In this document: one piece after another, positions 11,428 through 21,741 of the stretch
How positions within the stretch are numbered: position 1 is the stretch's first letter
Layout: the number at the start of each line of letters is the position of its first letter
Sequence record: MZ501089
Source: Escherichia phage KarlGJung
Direction: 5' to 3' (one strand)
Length of the DNA: 64,000 nt
The notes under the pieces: generated by a model
Told to the model about the DNA's origin: nothing
Database searches by the model: none
The model's input: the letters and a program-made list of their open reading frames with translations, nothing else
Position numbers and translations under genes: made by a program

Positions 11428-12606
11428 TTAAAAGTATTTTTTAAAACTCATCATAACTTTATCATCAACATCATTATCAATCTGTGCAACAAGATAAGAT
11501 GACAGTTCTACTTCTTGTGGCGCTGATTGAACATTATCAGAATTAAGATATTCACGAATCCAAGGATATGGATGTTTAACCGGAGCATCGGTAATTGGGC
11601 ATGGAAGACCGCACTGTTTCATACGAGATACAGTTAAGTAATCAATAAAGCTCCACATGCTATTTGTATTTAATCCAGGAACATCGCCATCTTTAAATAA
11701 ATGAACTGCCCAATCTTTTTCTTGACGGTTAACTTCCATGAAAATATCAACTGCTTCTTGTTCACACTCTTGAGCAATTTTAACCCATTCATCACCATCC
11801 GTGCCAAGTTGAAGTTGACGAATAATATATTGTGTACCTTTAAGATGAAGCTGCTCATCACGTGCAATGAACTTCATAATCTTGGCATTACCTTCCATGA
11901 TTTCCATGTTCTTATGGAAGTTAAAGGTACATGCGAAAGATACATAAAAACGAATAGCTTCTAATGCATTAATAACGTGCAAACAGAGGTAAAGAGATTT
12001 CATTAGCTCACGCTTCCAATATGTCTCATGCTCAATAGCATCTTCAATAACGTCTTCGTCTGCATTAATTTCTTTTTGGTATTCGATATCAGCTTTAGCG
12101 TTTTCCCAATAACGAGTTTTAATCAGAACATCATCATAATAACGTCCAATGGATTCAGCACGTTTCATAATAGCTTCATCTAATACAATTTCATCAAATA
12201 CCTTCGATGGATCAGTATAAAGATTTCGCATGATATGTGTATATGAACGGCTGTGAATAGTTTCACTAAAAGTCCATGTAGCAACCCATGTATCAAGGCT
12301 TGGGTCTGAAATTAATGACATAAGTACAGCAGACGGTGCACGACCCTGAATGCTATCCAAAAGTGATTGATACTTCAGGTTGTTAGTAAAAATATTTTGC
12401 TGATACTGAGGAAGCTTATTAAACTGTGCAGCATCCATCATTAAGTTTACTTCTTCAGGACGCCAAAAAAATGATAAAGATTTCTCAATAAGTTCTTCAA
12501 ATACTCTATGTCGTTGAATATCATATCGAGCTAAACCCAATCCAGAACCAAAAAACATCGGCTCAGTCAAAATATTAACAGGGGATGTATTAAAAACTGT
12601 ACTCAT
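11428..12606 (-). CDS. nrdB: ribonucleotide reductase beta subunit (class Ia)
   Basis: 392-aa continuous ORF, ferritin-like RNR small subunit; T4-like N-terminus MSTVFNT...; no intron interruption. Confidence 0.92.
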   Translation of the reverse strand: MSTVFNTSPVNILTEPMFFGSGLGLARYDIQRHRVFEELIEKSLSFFWRPEEVNLMMDAAQFNKLPQYQQNIFTNNLKYQSLLDSIQGRAPSAVLMSLISDPSLDTWVATWTFSETIHSRSYTHIMRNLYTDPSKVFDEIVLDEAIMKRAESIGRYYDDVLIKTRYWENAKADIEYQKEINADEDVIEDAIEHETYWKRELMKSLYLCLHVINALEAIRFYVSFACTFNFHKNMEIMEGNAKIMKFIARDEQLHLKGTQYIIRQLQLGTDGDEWVKIAQECEQEAVDIFMEVNRQEKDWAVHLFKDGDVPGLNTNSMWSFIDYLTVSRMKQCGLPCPITDAPVKHPYPWIREYLNSDNVQSAPQEVELSSYLVAQIDNDVDDKVMMSFKKYF

Positions 12607-13244
12607 TTAGAATCCTTAAATTTACATTTATCATAATGCCATCTTAAAGCATTGCCTTTATTAACTTTCTTGCCACAATGTGGACAAGGCGGATACTCTG
12701 TACCTTGCTTAGTTCTCAAAGAAATCAAATCACGGGTTTCTTTAGTATGAGGAACATCTCTTGTCGGAGAGATTGTACCATACATCGGATTAAGCACGCC
12801 GACTTTAGCAGCAGCTATATTCTTTTTAGCTTCTTCGGTTTTAGGTTTTCTCATGCGAGCTAAATGCTCTTTGGTAAATTTCCTTCCTTTAAGGGCTCTA
12901 CTTATCTTTTCTCTGGTTTCCATAGAAACTTCACGTCCTGTAGCAGCTTCAGATAAACGTCGTCTACCTAATTCGTACAGTTGAGAAGAAATTTTATATG
13001 AGCGATTTTTACCAGTCAAGCACATTAAACCAAAAGCTTTCTTTAATCCTGGGGTGTCATATATTTTACATAAAAGCCAATGAGCTATAAAATGCTCTCT
13101 ACCTGTTAATTCAACTAAATTTTCTTTATCATCAGAACCTCCCATACATCTAGGGATTATATGATGAGTCTCTTTATATCCTAATAAAGGTTCCCGAGCC
13201 TGAGCTCGGGAAATTAGGTCGTTATAGATTTTTTGATAATTCAT
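12603..13244 (-). CDS. mobE: free-standing HNH homing endonuclease (mobE-like)
   Basis: HNH motif HHIIPRCMGGSDDKENLVELTGREHFIAH; repeated NUMOD-like DNA-binding modules (TREKISRALKGRK, TKEHLARMRKPKT, TEEAKKNIAAAKVG); C-terminal Cys/His cluster; lies between nrdA and nrdB like T4 mobE. Confidence 0.7.
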   Translation of the reverse strand: MNYQKIYNDLISRAQAREPLLGYKETHHIIPRCMGGSDDKENLVELTGREHFIAHWLLCKIYDTPGLKKAFGLMCLTGKNRSYKISSQLYELGRRRLSEAATGREVSMETREKISRALKGRKFTKEHLARMRKPKTEEAKKNIAAAKVGVLNPMYGTISPTRDVPHTKETRDLISLRTKQGTEYPPCPHCGKKVNKGNALRWHYDKCKFKDSK

Positions 13245-15508
13245 TACAATTTACAGGATGAACAATCTTCAGCTTTTGGAGTTTCTATTTCATAATCATC
13301 AGTACCAGAACCATCACGGGTATTATGATAATAGAAATTTTTTCCGCCAAAATACCAAAAATACAAAAGGTCATCAATCATTATTGACATTGGAACCTTT
13401 CCTTTTGGAAAAATCTGTGGGTCATAATATGTATTCGCTGAAGCTGATTGACATACCCATTTCAGCATAATAGCTACCTGCGTAAGATAAGGTTTATTAC
13501 CTTTCTTAGCTAATTTCCATGTATAATCATAGAGGTCTATGTTATGCTCAATATTGGGCACGACTTGATTAAAGGAGCCCTCTTTTGATTCTTTAACAGA
13601 GACTGGTCCACGTGGAGGCTCGATACCGTTTGTACTGTTAGAAACTTGGGAAGATGACTCACATGGCATAAGTGCTGATAATGTGCTATTACGGATGCCA
13701 AAGAGCTTAAGGTCTTCCCGCAGCGACGACCAGTCACAAACGTATTTTGGAGCTGCGATTTGGTCAATCTTTTTATTGTACCAGTCGATAGGTAATTCGC
13801 CTCGAGACCAACGAGTGTCTGAATAATATTCACAAGGTCCTTTTTCTTTGGCGAGCTTAATGGATGCTTTAATGAGTCCATACTGTAATCTCTCAAATAG
13901 TTCATGTGTTAAATCGTTAGCATCTTCATAAGAAGCAAAGTTACTTGCCAGCCAAGCTGCATAGTTAGTAACACCTACACCGAGGTTACGACGCTTTTTA
14001 GCTTTTTCTGCTTCAGGAACTGGATATCCTTGGTAATCCAAAAGATTATCAAGAGCACGAACTTGGACTTCTGCCAATTCATTAATTTTATCTTGGTCTT
14101 GCCAGTCAAAATTATCTAGTACGAATGCAGAGAGAGTACACAATCCAATTTCAGCATCAGGACTATTCACATCATTTGTTGGAATAGCAATTTCACAGCA
14201 CAAGTTACTCTGACGAATAGGCGCCTTTTCACGAATAAACGGAGTATAGTTATTCGTATTATCAATGAACTGTACATAAATCCTTGCTGTTCCTGAACGT
14301 TCAGTCATGAGCAATTCAAATAGTTCACGGGCTTTAATACGCTTTTTACGAATATTAGGGTCTTTTTCTGCTGCTTCGTATAATTCACGGAAACGGTTTT
14401 GGTCTTTAAAATAAGAATAATAAAGCTCGCCACCCATTTCATGCGGACTGAACAAAGTAATGTAATCGTTCTTTCCGAATCGTTCCATCATCAAATCATT
14501 CAGCTGAACACCATAATCCATATGACGAATGCGGTTTTCTTCTACGCCTTTGTTATTTTTCAAAACGAGAAGATTTTCAACTTCCAAATGCCAAATAGGA
14601 TAATAAGCAGTAGCAGCGCCGCCACGAATTCCACCCTGTGAGCATGATTTAACTGCAGTCTGAAAATGTTTCCAAAAAGGAATAACACCAGTATGGCGTA
14701 CTTCACCCATGCCAATCTTAGAACCTTCAGCACGAATCATACCAACGTTAATACCAATTCCAGCGCGTTTAGAGATATATTCAACAATTGAAGCGGAAGC
14801 CTTGTTGATAGACTTTAATGAATCACCTGCCTCAATAACAACACATGAACTAAACTGTCGAGTCGGAGTACGACAACCAGCCATAATAGGAGTTGGTAAT
14901 GAAATCTGTCGAGTAGATACTGCTTCATAAAAACGAATAACATGTTTTAATCTATCAACAGGTTCATCTTGATGCAATGCCATTCCAATAGTCATAAATG
15001 CAAACTGAGGAGTTTCATAAATTTGACCAGTGGTTTTATCTTTAACTAAATATTTTTCTTTTAATTGCATCGCCCCGGAATAAGTAAATTCCATATCCCG
15101 CTCGTGCTTAATTTTTGATTCTAAAAATGTAATTTCTTCTGCTGAATATTTTGACAATAATTCAGGGTCATATTTACCTTCATTTACACAGTAAGAAATA
15201 TGGTCAATAAATGAACGCGGTTCATACTGCCCATAAACATGCTTACGAAGAGCGAACATTAGACAACGTGCAGCTACATATTGATAATCAGGCTCTTCAA
15301 CCGAAATAGAATTCGCAGCAGCCTTAATGACAATAGTCTGAATATCATCAGTTGTCATTCCATCACGGAGATAAGATTTAATATTTTCATATAATTCATA
15401 AGGATCTACTGATGTTCCCTCAGCTGCCCAAGATAAAACTTTAATAATTTTTTGTGGGTCAAAGCTCTGAGAAACACCACTACTTTTGATAACATTAATT
15501 AATTGCAT
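13244..15508 (-). CDS. nrdA: ribonucleotide reductase alpha subunit (class Ia)
   Basis: 754 aa; ATP-cone N-terminus, active-site NLCCEI, C-terminal redox cysteines (CSSCKL); T4 NrdA-like start MQLINVIKSSGVSQSF. Confidence 0.95.
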   Translation of the reverse strand: MQLINVIKSSGVSQSFDPQKIIKVLSWAAEGTSVDPYELYENIKSYLRDGMTTDDIQTIVIKAAANSISVEEPDYQYVAARCLMFALRKHVYGQYEPRSFIDHISYCVNEGKYDPELLSKYSAEEITFLESKIKHERDMEFTYSGAMQLKEKYLVKDKTTGQIYETPQFAFMTIGMALHQDEPVDRLKHVIRFYEAVSTRQISLPTPIMAGCRTPTRQFSSCVVIEAGDSLKSINKASASIVEYISKRAGIGINVGMIRAEGSKIGMGEVRHTGVIPFWKHFQTAVKSCSQGGIRGGAATAYYPIWHLEVENLLVLKNNKGVEENRIRHMDYGVQLNDLMMERFGKNDYITLFSPHEMGGELYYSYFKDQNRFRELYEAAEKDPNIRKKRIKARELFELLMTERSGTARIYVQFIDNTNNYTPFIREKAPIRQSNLCCEIAIPTNDVNSPDAEIGLCTLSAFVLDNFDWQDQDKINELAEVQVRALDNLLDYQGYPVPEAEKAKKRRNLGVGVTNYAAWLASNFASYEDANDLTHELFERLQYGLIKASIKLAKEKGPCEYYSDTRWSRGELPIDWYNKKIDQIAAPKYVCDWSSLREDLKLFGIRNSTLSALMPCESSSQVSNSTNGIEPPRGPVSVKESKEGSFNQVVPNIEHNIDLYDYTWKLAKKGNKPYLTQVAIMLKWVCQSASANTYYDPQIFPKGKVPMSIMIDDLLYFWYFGGKNFYYHNTRDGSGTDDYEIETPKAEDCSSCKL

Positions 15509-15747
15509 AAGTCCTCAACTTGAAAATCGTCTTTAAACAGTCGGTTAACTATATGAGCTATTATATCACCATGACACGGCTTTGGTTTACATGTGCATCC
15601 TAGCCTCATTCCACGTAAAGGCTCTAAATGTGCTTTAGTTATTTCTCCGGATTTAATTCGACGTATAAAATCTTTTTTGAATAATTCAATGGCAGCCTCC
15701 CGGCTGCCAGCATCTTTACCGACGTAATTTCCCCAAAAATGTACCAC
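15499..15747 (-). CDS. hypothetical protein (82 aa, GTG start)
   Basis: ORF track only; start codon is GTG with no clear Shine-Dalgarno. Confidence 0.35.
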   Translation of the reverse strand: MVHFWGNYVGKDAGSREAAIELFKKDFIRRIKSGEITKAHLEPLRGMRLGCTCKPKPCHGDIIAHIVNRLFKDDFQVEDLCN

Positions 15748-15779
15748 GGTGAATATTCACATCAAAGTCGGATTTGTAT

Positions 15780-16043
15780 TTATTCACTACCCGACATAGA
15801 CGGCCCGCGCGGTGATAATTCGGCATATTGTTTTTCCGTTAAAACAGTAATATCATAGTAACAATCAGAAGAAGTTTTAACTGTAGAAATTTTATTATCA
15901 AAATACTCACGAGTCATTTTATGAGTATAATATTTTTTGCCATAAATGATAATAGGCTGATTTGGTCCTGGAACTTCTAACTCACTTGGGTTAGGAAGTG
16001 TAAAAAGAACTACACCAGAAGTATCTTTAAATCGTAAAATCAT
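15780..16043 (-). CDS. hypothetical protein (87 aa)
   Basis: ORF track; ATG start with GAGGA Shine-Dalgarno. Confidence 0.5.
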   Translation of the reverse strand: MILRFKDTSGVVLFTLPNPSELEVPGPNQPIIIYGKKYYTHKMTREYFDNKISTVKTSSDCYYDITVLTEKQYAELSPRGPSMSGSE

Positions 16044-16066
16044 AAATCCTCACAATTAAATTAAAA

Positions 16067-16378
16067 TTACACCGCCATTTTTCCTTTCAAGACGCCGTGG
16101 GACTGATAATCTTTGAGAACGAAATCTTTAGGCCTGAGTTTAAGAATGTATTCCAATTGTTCTTTAGTAGAAAGATAGCGGAATTTATAAGGCAATCCGC
16201 CTATTACCAGTTCACAAAGCTCTTTAGGTTCACGACGCAAAATTTCTTTACATTGTTCTACGTGATTCATATAGATATGAGTATTACCACCGGAAAATAT
16301 CAAATCTCCCGGAATAAGATTACACATCTTAGCTACAATATGAACTAACGTAGCATATGATGCAATATTAAATGGAAG
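16067..16378 (-). CDS. td: thymidylate synthase, exon 2 (spliced to exon 1 at 17395..17943)
   Basis: Exon 2 begins LPFNIASYATLVH (ThyA core). The ORF-track Met at 16379-16381 is the last three intron nucleotides (..AUG). Exon 1 + exon 2 = 286 aa. Confidence 0.92.
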   Translation of the reverse strand, partial: LPFNIASYATLVHIVAKMCNLIPGDLIFSGGNTHIYMNHVEQCKEILRREPKELCELVIGGLPYKFRYLSTKEQLEYILKLRPKDFVLKDYQSHGVLKGKMAV

Positions 16379-17394
16379 CATTATGTTCAGATAAGGTCGT
16401 TAATCTTACCCCGGAATTATATCCAGCTGCATGTCACCATGCAGATCAGACTATATCTCCAACTTGTTAAAGCAAGTTGTCTATCGTTTCGAGTCACTTG
16501 ACCCTACTCCCCAAAGGGATAGTCGTTAGGCATTTATGTAGAACCAATTCCATTTATCAGATTTTACACGATAAGTAACTAATCCAGACGAAATTTTAAA
16601 ATGTCTAGCTGCATCTGCTGCACAATCAAAAATAACCCCATCACATGAAATCTTTTTAATATTACTAGGCTTTTTACCTTTCATCTTTTCTGATATTTTA
16701 GATTTAGTTATGTCTGAATGCTTATGATTAAAGAATGAATTATTTTCACCTGAACGATTTCTGCATTTACTACAAGTATAAGCAGAAGTTTGTATGCGAA
16801 CACCGCACTTACAAAACTTATGGGTTTCTGGATTCCAACGCCCGTTTTTACTTCCGGGTTTACTGTAAAGAGCTTTCCGACCATCAGGTCCAAGTTTAAG
16901 CATCTTAGCTTTAACAGTTTCAGAACGTTTCTTAATAATTTCTTCTTTTAATGGATGCGTAGAACATGTATCACCAAACGTTGCATCAGCAATATTGTAT
17001 CCATTAATTTTAGAATTAAGCTCTTTAATCCAAAAATTTTCTCGTTCAATAATCAAATCTTTCTCATATGGAATTTCTTCCAAAATAGAACATTCAAACA
17101 CATTACCATGTTTGTTAAAAGACCTCTGAAGCTTTATAGAAGAATGGCATCCTTTTTCTAAATCTTTAAAATGCCTCTTCCATCTCTTTTCAAAATCTTT
17201 AGCACTTCCTACATATACTTTATTGTTTAAAGTATTTTTAATCTGATAAATTCCGCTTTTCATAAATACCTCTTTAAATATAGAAGTATTTATTAAAGGG
17301 CAGTCCTACAATTTAGCACGGGATTGTCTACTAGAGAGGTTCCCCGTTTAGATAGATTACAAGTATAAGTCACCTTATACTCAGGCCTCAATTA
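16379..17394 (-). mobile_element. group I self-splicing intron in td, carrying the I-TevI gene (1016 nt)
   Basis: Exon 1 ends ...FLG (last nt U), then in-frame TAA and the sequence UAAUUGAGGCCUGAGUAUAAGGUGACUUAUACUUGUAAUCUAUCUAAACGGGG...; intron ends ...AUAAUG (terminal G) before CUUCCAUUUAAU. Length and ends match the T4 td intron as I recall it. Confidence 0.9.
16526..17263 (-). CDS. I-TevI: GIY-YIG homing endonuclease I-TevI (intron-encoded)
   Basis: 245 aa; N-terminal GIY-YIG domain (MKSGIYQIKNTLNNKVYVGSAKDFEKRWKRH); zinc finger CKCGVRIQTSAYTCSKC; C-terminal DNA-binding domain; lies inside the td intron. Confidence 0.95.
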   Translation of the reverse strand: MKSGIYQIKNTLNNKVYVGSAKDFEKRWKRHFKDLEKGCHSSIKLQRSFNKHGNVFECSILEEIPYEKDLIIERENFWIKELNSKINGYNIADATFGDTCSTHPLKEEIIKKRSETVKAKMLKLGPDGRKALYSKPGSKNGRWNPETHKFCKCGVRIQTSAYTCSKCRNRSGENNSFFNHKHSDITKSKISEKMKGKKPSNIKKISCDGVIFDCAADAARHFKISSGLVTYRVKSDKWNWFYINA

Positions 17395-17943
17395 ACCCAA
17401 GAAAACATCTACTGATCGTTGATACCACTGAAGGTCAAGGTATCCATTACGCACATTAAACTGATAGAACATATGACAAGGCGGTAATGCCATATATTTA
17501 AGTTCAGCTGGATTCCATGCTGAAACAATTTGACGCCTATCATTTGGCAGTTTTTTAATACGATCAATAGTTTCAACTAATTGATCCACACCGCCGAAAT
17601 CACGCCATTGTTTACCGTATATAGGACCAAGTTCACCACTATGATATCCTAGGTCTTTAGCCTGGTTTTCATAGTTATCGTCCCAAATAGTTTTACCTTG
17701 AATAAGACTACCATGTGTGCGAAGACGTAAATCATTAACATTGGTAGAACCGGAAATAAACCATAGAAGCTCAGCAATGCATGCATTCCACGCAAGCTTC
17801 TTAGTTGTTACCGCAGGAAAACCTTTAGTTAAATCCCAACGTAATTTAGTACCGAACAAAGCAATTGTTCCTGTGCCTGTTCGGTCATCGGTTTCATAGC
17901 CATTTTCAAAAATGTCTTTAATTAAATCTTGGTATTGTTTCAT
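17395..17943 (-). CDS. td: thymidylate synthase, exon 1
   Basis: 183 codons, MKQYQDLIKDIFENGYETDDRTGTGT... through catalytic ...LPPCHMFYQF... to ...VDVFLG, followed by intron-borne TAA. Confidence 0.92.
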
Positions 17944-17988
17944 TTAGTACCTTATATAAATTATAATACATTTTATGAAGCTAAATAA

Positions 17989-18336
17989 TCAATACGGTTT
18001 AGCATCAAATTTTCTCTCAATTTCAGGCGTGAAATATAATTCTTTACCGCGTTTGGAAAAGCGACCAATAATATGATAATTATTCTCATCAAACGTGATA
18101 TTACCAATATCCATAGCTTTCAACCAAATATCGATATTTCTATCCAGCTTTATGTCAAAATTCCAATACGGAGAACTATTACCGAAAATACTGCAAGCGG
18201 ATTCAGTGAAACAACTGCTATAAATCTTGTCTTTAGGAACTACTAATTGATAGACACCTTTAATAAACTGAGGACCCTGCCACTTTGGCTGTTTCGTGTC
18301 TTTTTCTAATAGAATAGGGTAATAATTAAAATTCAT
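17989..18336 (-). CDS. hypothetical protein (115 aa)
   Basis: ORF track; ATG start; between frd and td. Confidence 0.45.
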   Translation of the reverse strand: MNFNYYPILLEKDTKQPKWQGPQFIKGVYQLVVPKDKIYSSCFTESACSIFGNSSPYWNFDIKLDRNIDIWLKAMDIGNITFDENNYHIIGRFSKRGKELYFTPEIERKFDAKPY

Positions 18337-18355
18337 ATTTCCGCCACGCGTTATT

Positions 18356-19178
<823 letters not shown>

Positions 19179-19182
<4 letters not shown>

Positions 19183-19538
19183 ATTACCTCCCACTGAAAG
19201 GGGCCAGAAGCAAATCCGCTATCTTTAATCATTTTAACTAAAGTTACCATTCCTCTGTTAACTGCTTGTGCGATTTCATCAAAAACTTCATCACTATCAT
19301 CGTAAAGGTCATTAAAAAGTTCTAATACGTTCTTCTGAACTTTTAATTTACAGCCAACAAATTCGCCTACAGTAAATTCGTTTCCGCCAAATCCAGCGTA
19401 AAATGTAATTACACCTGTTAACTGTCTTTCACTAGAACATAGGTCGTGTGATAAATTAATATAAGCCGTCCCAGGTGCAGTTTTAAGTTGGCAACGAATA
19501 CTTACTCGAGCAATTCCAGCTACACGAATGTCAGACAT
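19179..19538 (-). CDS. hypothetical protein (119 aa)
   Basis: ORF track; ATG start with AAGGAAA Shine-Dalgarno. Confidence 0.45.
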
Positions 19539-19548
19539 ATTATTTTCC

Positions 19549-19791
19549 TTAAACAGACTTTTTCACAATTTTCCAATCAGCTTTAAACTGCTCGACGTCA
19601 GAATGGTAAATCCAAAATCCTGCGCTTTCTCCATCCTCATAAAGAGGGCATCCATCACATTCATCTTCCCATCCCATGTCACGTAAAAGATGTTCAGCTT
19701 TTTCAACAAGTTCAGAATCTTTACCGATGATATTAAAATACCATTTACCTCTAACTTCCGAATCTTTAATGCTCTGACGTTGTAATCTCAT
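19549..19791 (-). CDS. hypothetical protein (80 aa)
   Basis: ORF track; ATG start. Confidence 0.45.
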   Translation of the reverse strand: MRLQRQSIKDSEVRGKWYFNIIGKDSELVEKAEHLLRDMGWEDECDGCPLYEDGESAGFWIYHSDVEQFKADWKIVKKSV

Positions 19792-19897
19792 TTTATTCTC
19801 CTTAGCAAGCTTTAATCAAAAGATATAAACAAACCAACATAACTGCTGCCATAATATAAGGTGCTAACATTTTCTTTTCTCCATTAGTTTTGATAGG

Positions 19898-19931
19898 GTA
19901 ATAGTATCACAACTAAAACCCTATGTAAACT
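19898..19931 (-). promoter_or_regulatory. early promoter
   Basis: Minus-sense (A)GTTTAC, 18 nt, TACTAT; -35 overlaps the stop of the upstream ORF. Confidence 0.5.
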
Positions 19932-20316
19932 ACTTTTTGAAAGTTTTTCGCAAAAGTTCAATGATTTCATCTACATTGTTTTCGTCAACAATGCAGTGAA
20001 TTTTTGTTACGCCAGAAACCTTGTCTTTGACTTCATCTTCTTCAGAAGTCGGTTCTTTATATTCGCGGAAACAATAAAACTCTTCTTCACTAAGTTCAAA
20101 ATAATCATCACCCATACCATCATCATTATAGATTTCACCATTAGCACAAATGATTTCGGTTACATAATCAAAGCCATCTAAACTTGATATTGATTTAACT
20201 TCAAACCAACCACCATTTTCTTGAATGATGCCGACCATATTAGCATTTGATGAACTAATATCAATGAAAGATTTAATACGGTGTGGATTTAACTCGTATT
20301 TTTTGCCGATTTCCAT
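19930..20316 (-). CDS. hypothetical protein (about 128 aa)
   Basis: ORF track frame trimmed to second ATG (MEIGKKYEL...), which has a GAGGAAAA Shine-Dalgarno. Confidence 0.45.
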   Translation of the reverse strand: MEIGKKYELNPHRIKSFIDISSSNANMVGIIQENGGWFEVKSISSLDGFDYVTEIICANGEIYNDDGMGDDYFELSEEEFYCFREYKEPTSEEDEVKDKVSGVTKIHCIVDENNVDEIIELLRKTFKK

Positions 20317-20361
20317 TTTGATTTTCCTCATTTTAATAGGGGCTTAATAGCCCCTTGATAA

Positions 20362-20589
20362 TTATTGTTCAATCATTCCCATGTAAAATTCTGTGTCTTC
20401 AGCATCCATACCATCACAATATTCATTAGCCATAAAGCGGGTGAGGTCTTCAAGAGGACCTTCAATAACGATTTGAATACTCCAAAACTTAGAATCTTGC
20501 ACGCTTGTGATACTAAGTTCAGGATAACGATTACGAATAATCTCTTCAATATATTCAAAATCAACGATGTCAATATCAACTTTAGCCAT
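20362..20589 (-). CDS. hypothetical protein (about 75 aa)
   Basis: ORF track frame trimmed to ATG (MAKVDIDIV...) with GAGGAA Shine-Dalgarno; early promoter upstream. Confidence 0.4.
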   Translation of the reverse strand: MAKVDIDIVDFEYIEEIIRNRYPELSITSVQDSKFWSIQIVIEGPLEDLTRFMANEYCDGMDAEDTEFYMGMIEQ

Positions 20590-20629
20590 ATTGTTTTCCT
20601 CTTTAATCATCAGCAGTATTGCCGATAGT

Positions 20630-20663
20630 TGTATAGTACCATGGAAGAACAAGGATGTAAACA
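20630..20663 (-). promoter_or_regulatory. early promoter downstream of the gene 32 terminator
   Basis: Minus-sense (T)GTTTAC, 18 nt, TACTAT. Confidence 0.55.
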
Positions 20664-20680
20664 GTTTTGTGAAAAATTTT

Positions 20681-20711
20681 TAAAATAAAAAAGGGGACCT
20701 CTAGGGTCCCC
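20681..20711 (-). terminator. Rho-independent terminator after gene 32
   Basis: Minus-sense GGGGACC-CUAGA-GGUCCCC followed by UUUUUUAUUUU. Confidence 0.7.
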
Positions 20712-20733
20712 AATTAATTAGTAATATAATCTA

Positions 20734-21642
20734 TTAAAGGTCATTCAAAAGGTCATCCAGGTCCGTGTCATCAGCACTAGATGAACTGCCAGAGCTTGAG
20801 CTCATAAAATCATCTTCAGTTTTTGTATTGAAGTCATCAACATTGAATGCATCCAAATCATCAGCAACTTTATCAGCTTTCTTAGCAGCAGTTGCAGCGG
20901 CACCGCCCATCACAGCAGTTCCCATAACTTGACCGAATTTAGTGCTCAGTTCTTCAAACGATTTGAATTTATCTTTAGAAGTCATTTCAGAAAGGTCAAC
21001 CATTTGTTCGAACAGTTCTTTCTGGAAAGATTCATCGTCAATGTTTGGAATCGCAGATTGATTCAGGAATTTAGATTCGTCGTAGTTACTAAATCCAGAA
21101 ACCTGTTTAACTTTCAGTACAAAGTTAGCACCTTCCCATGGACAAGTTACATCAACCGGAGTTTCACCCATTTCAACATCAACCGCAATCATCGCGTTGA
21201 TTTTATCCCAGATTTTCTTACCGAAACGATATTTAAATACTTTACCTTCATTTTCTGGAGCAGCTGGGTCTTTTACAACAAGAATATTAGCCCAGTAAGA
21301 AGTTTTACGTTTAACAAGACTGTACTCTTTATTGTCAGTGTTGTACAGATCATTTTTACTGATGTACTGACATACTGGACAAGAATCGTAATCACCGTGG
21401 GTAGATGAACAGTTTTCAATATACCATTTACCATTTTTCTTGAAACCGTGATTTACAAGAATTGCGAATGGTGCTTGTTCATCATTTTTAGACGGAAGAA
21501 AACGAATTACTGCTTGACCGTTACCCGCATTGTCGAGTTTCAGTTTCCACTCGCCTTTATCTTCAGAAGAAAAACCACCTTTATTTCCAGCCAGTTTAGC
21601 CATTTGTGCAGCGAGTTCAGCAGTAGATTTACGTTTAAACAT
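20734..21642 (-). CDS. 32: gp32 single-stranded DNA-binding protein
   Basis: [17 protein letters not shown]..., zinc site [16 protein letters not shown], acidic Ser/Asp-rich C-terminus; matches T4 gp32. Confidence 0.97.
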   Translation of the reverse strand: MFKRKSTAELAAQMAKLAGNKGGFSSEDKGEWKLKLDNAGNGQAVIRFLPSKNDEQAPFAILVNHGFKKNGKWYIENCSSTHGDYDSCPVCQYISKNDLYNTDNKEYSLVKRKTSYWANILVVKDPAAPENEGKVFKYRFGKKIWDKINAMIAVDVEMGETPVDVTCPWEGANFVLKVKQVSGFSNYDESKFLNQSAIPNIDDESFQKELFEQMVDLSEMTSKDKFKSFEELSTKFGQVMGTAVMGGAAATAAKKADKVADDLDAFNVDDFNTKTEDDFMSSSSGSSSSADDTDLDDLLNDL

Positions 21643-21712
21643 TTTTATTTCCTTTTTAATTTAATTAACAGTTGGTGCTATGACGATGTATGACCTCATA
21701 GCTGGTCAGTGA
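21643..21712 (-). promoter_or_regulatory. gene 32 translational operator (pseudoknot plus A/U-rich leader)
   Basis: Minus-sense leader ...ACUGACCAGCUAUGAGGUCAUACAUCGUCAUAGCACC... then AUUAAAUUAAAAAGGAAAUAAAA-AUG; matches the T4 gene 32 autoregulatory operator as I recall it. Confidence 0.65.
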
Positions 21713-21725
21713 GATAATTATAATC

Positions 21726-21733
21726 TATTTATA
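21726..21733 (-). promoter_or_regulatory. late promoter (TATAAATA) for gene 32
   Basis: Exact minus-sense TATAAATA between gene 59 and gene 32. Confidence 0.55.
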
Positions 21734-21741
21734 ATAAGCAA

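Noticed and set aside
11428-12606. Expected nrdB group I intron with I-TevIII-like ORF
   Set aside because: nrdB is one continuous 392-codon ORF with no interrupting insert.
19802-19884. 27-codon hydrophobic mini-ORF (MEKRKMLAPYIMAAVMLVCLYLLIKAC) upstream of an early promoter
   Set aside because: Too short to support without conservation or expression data.
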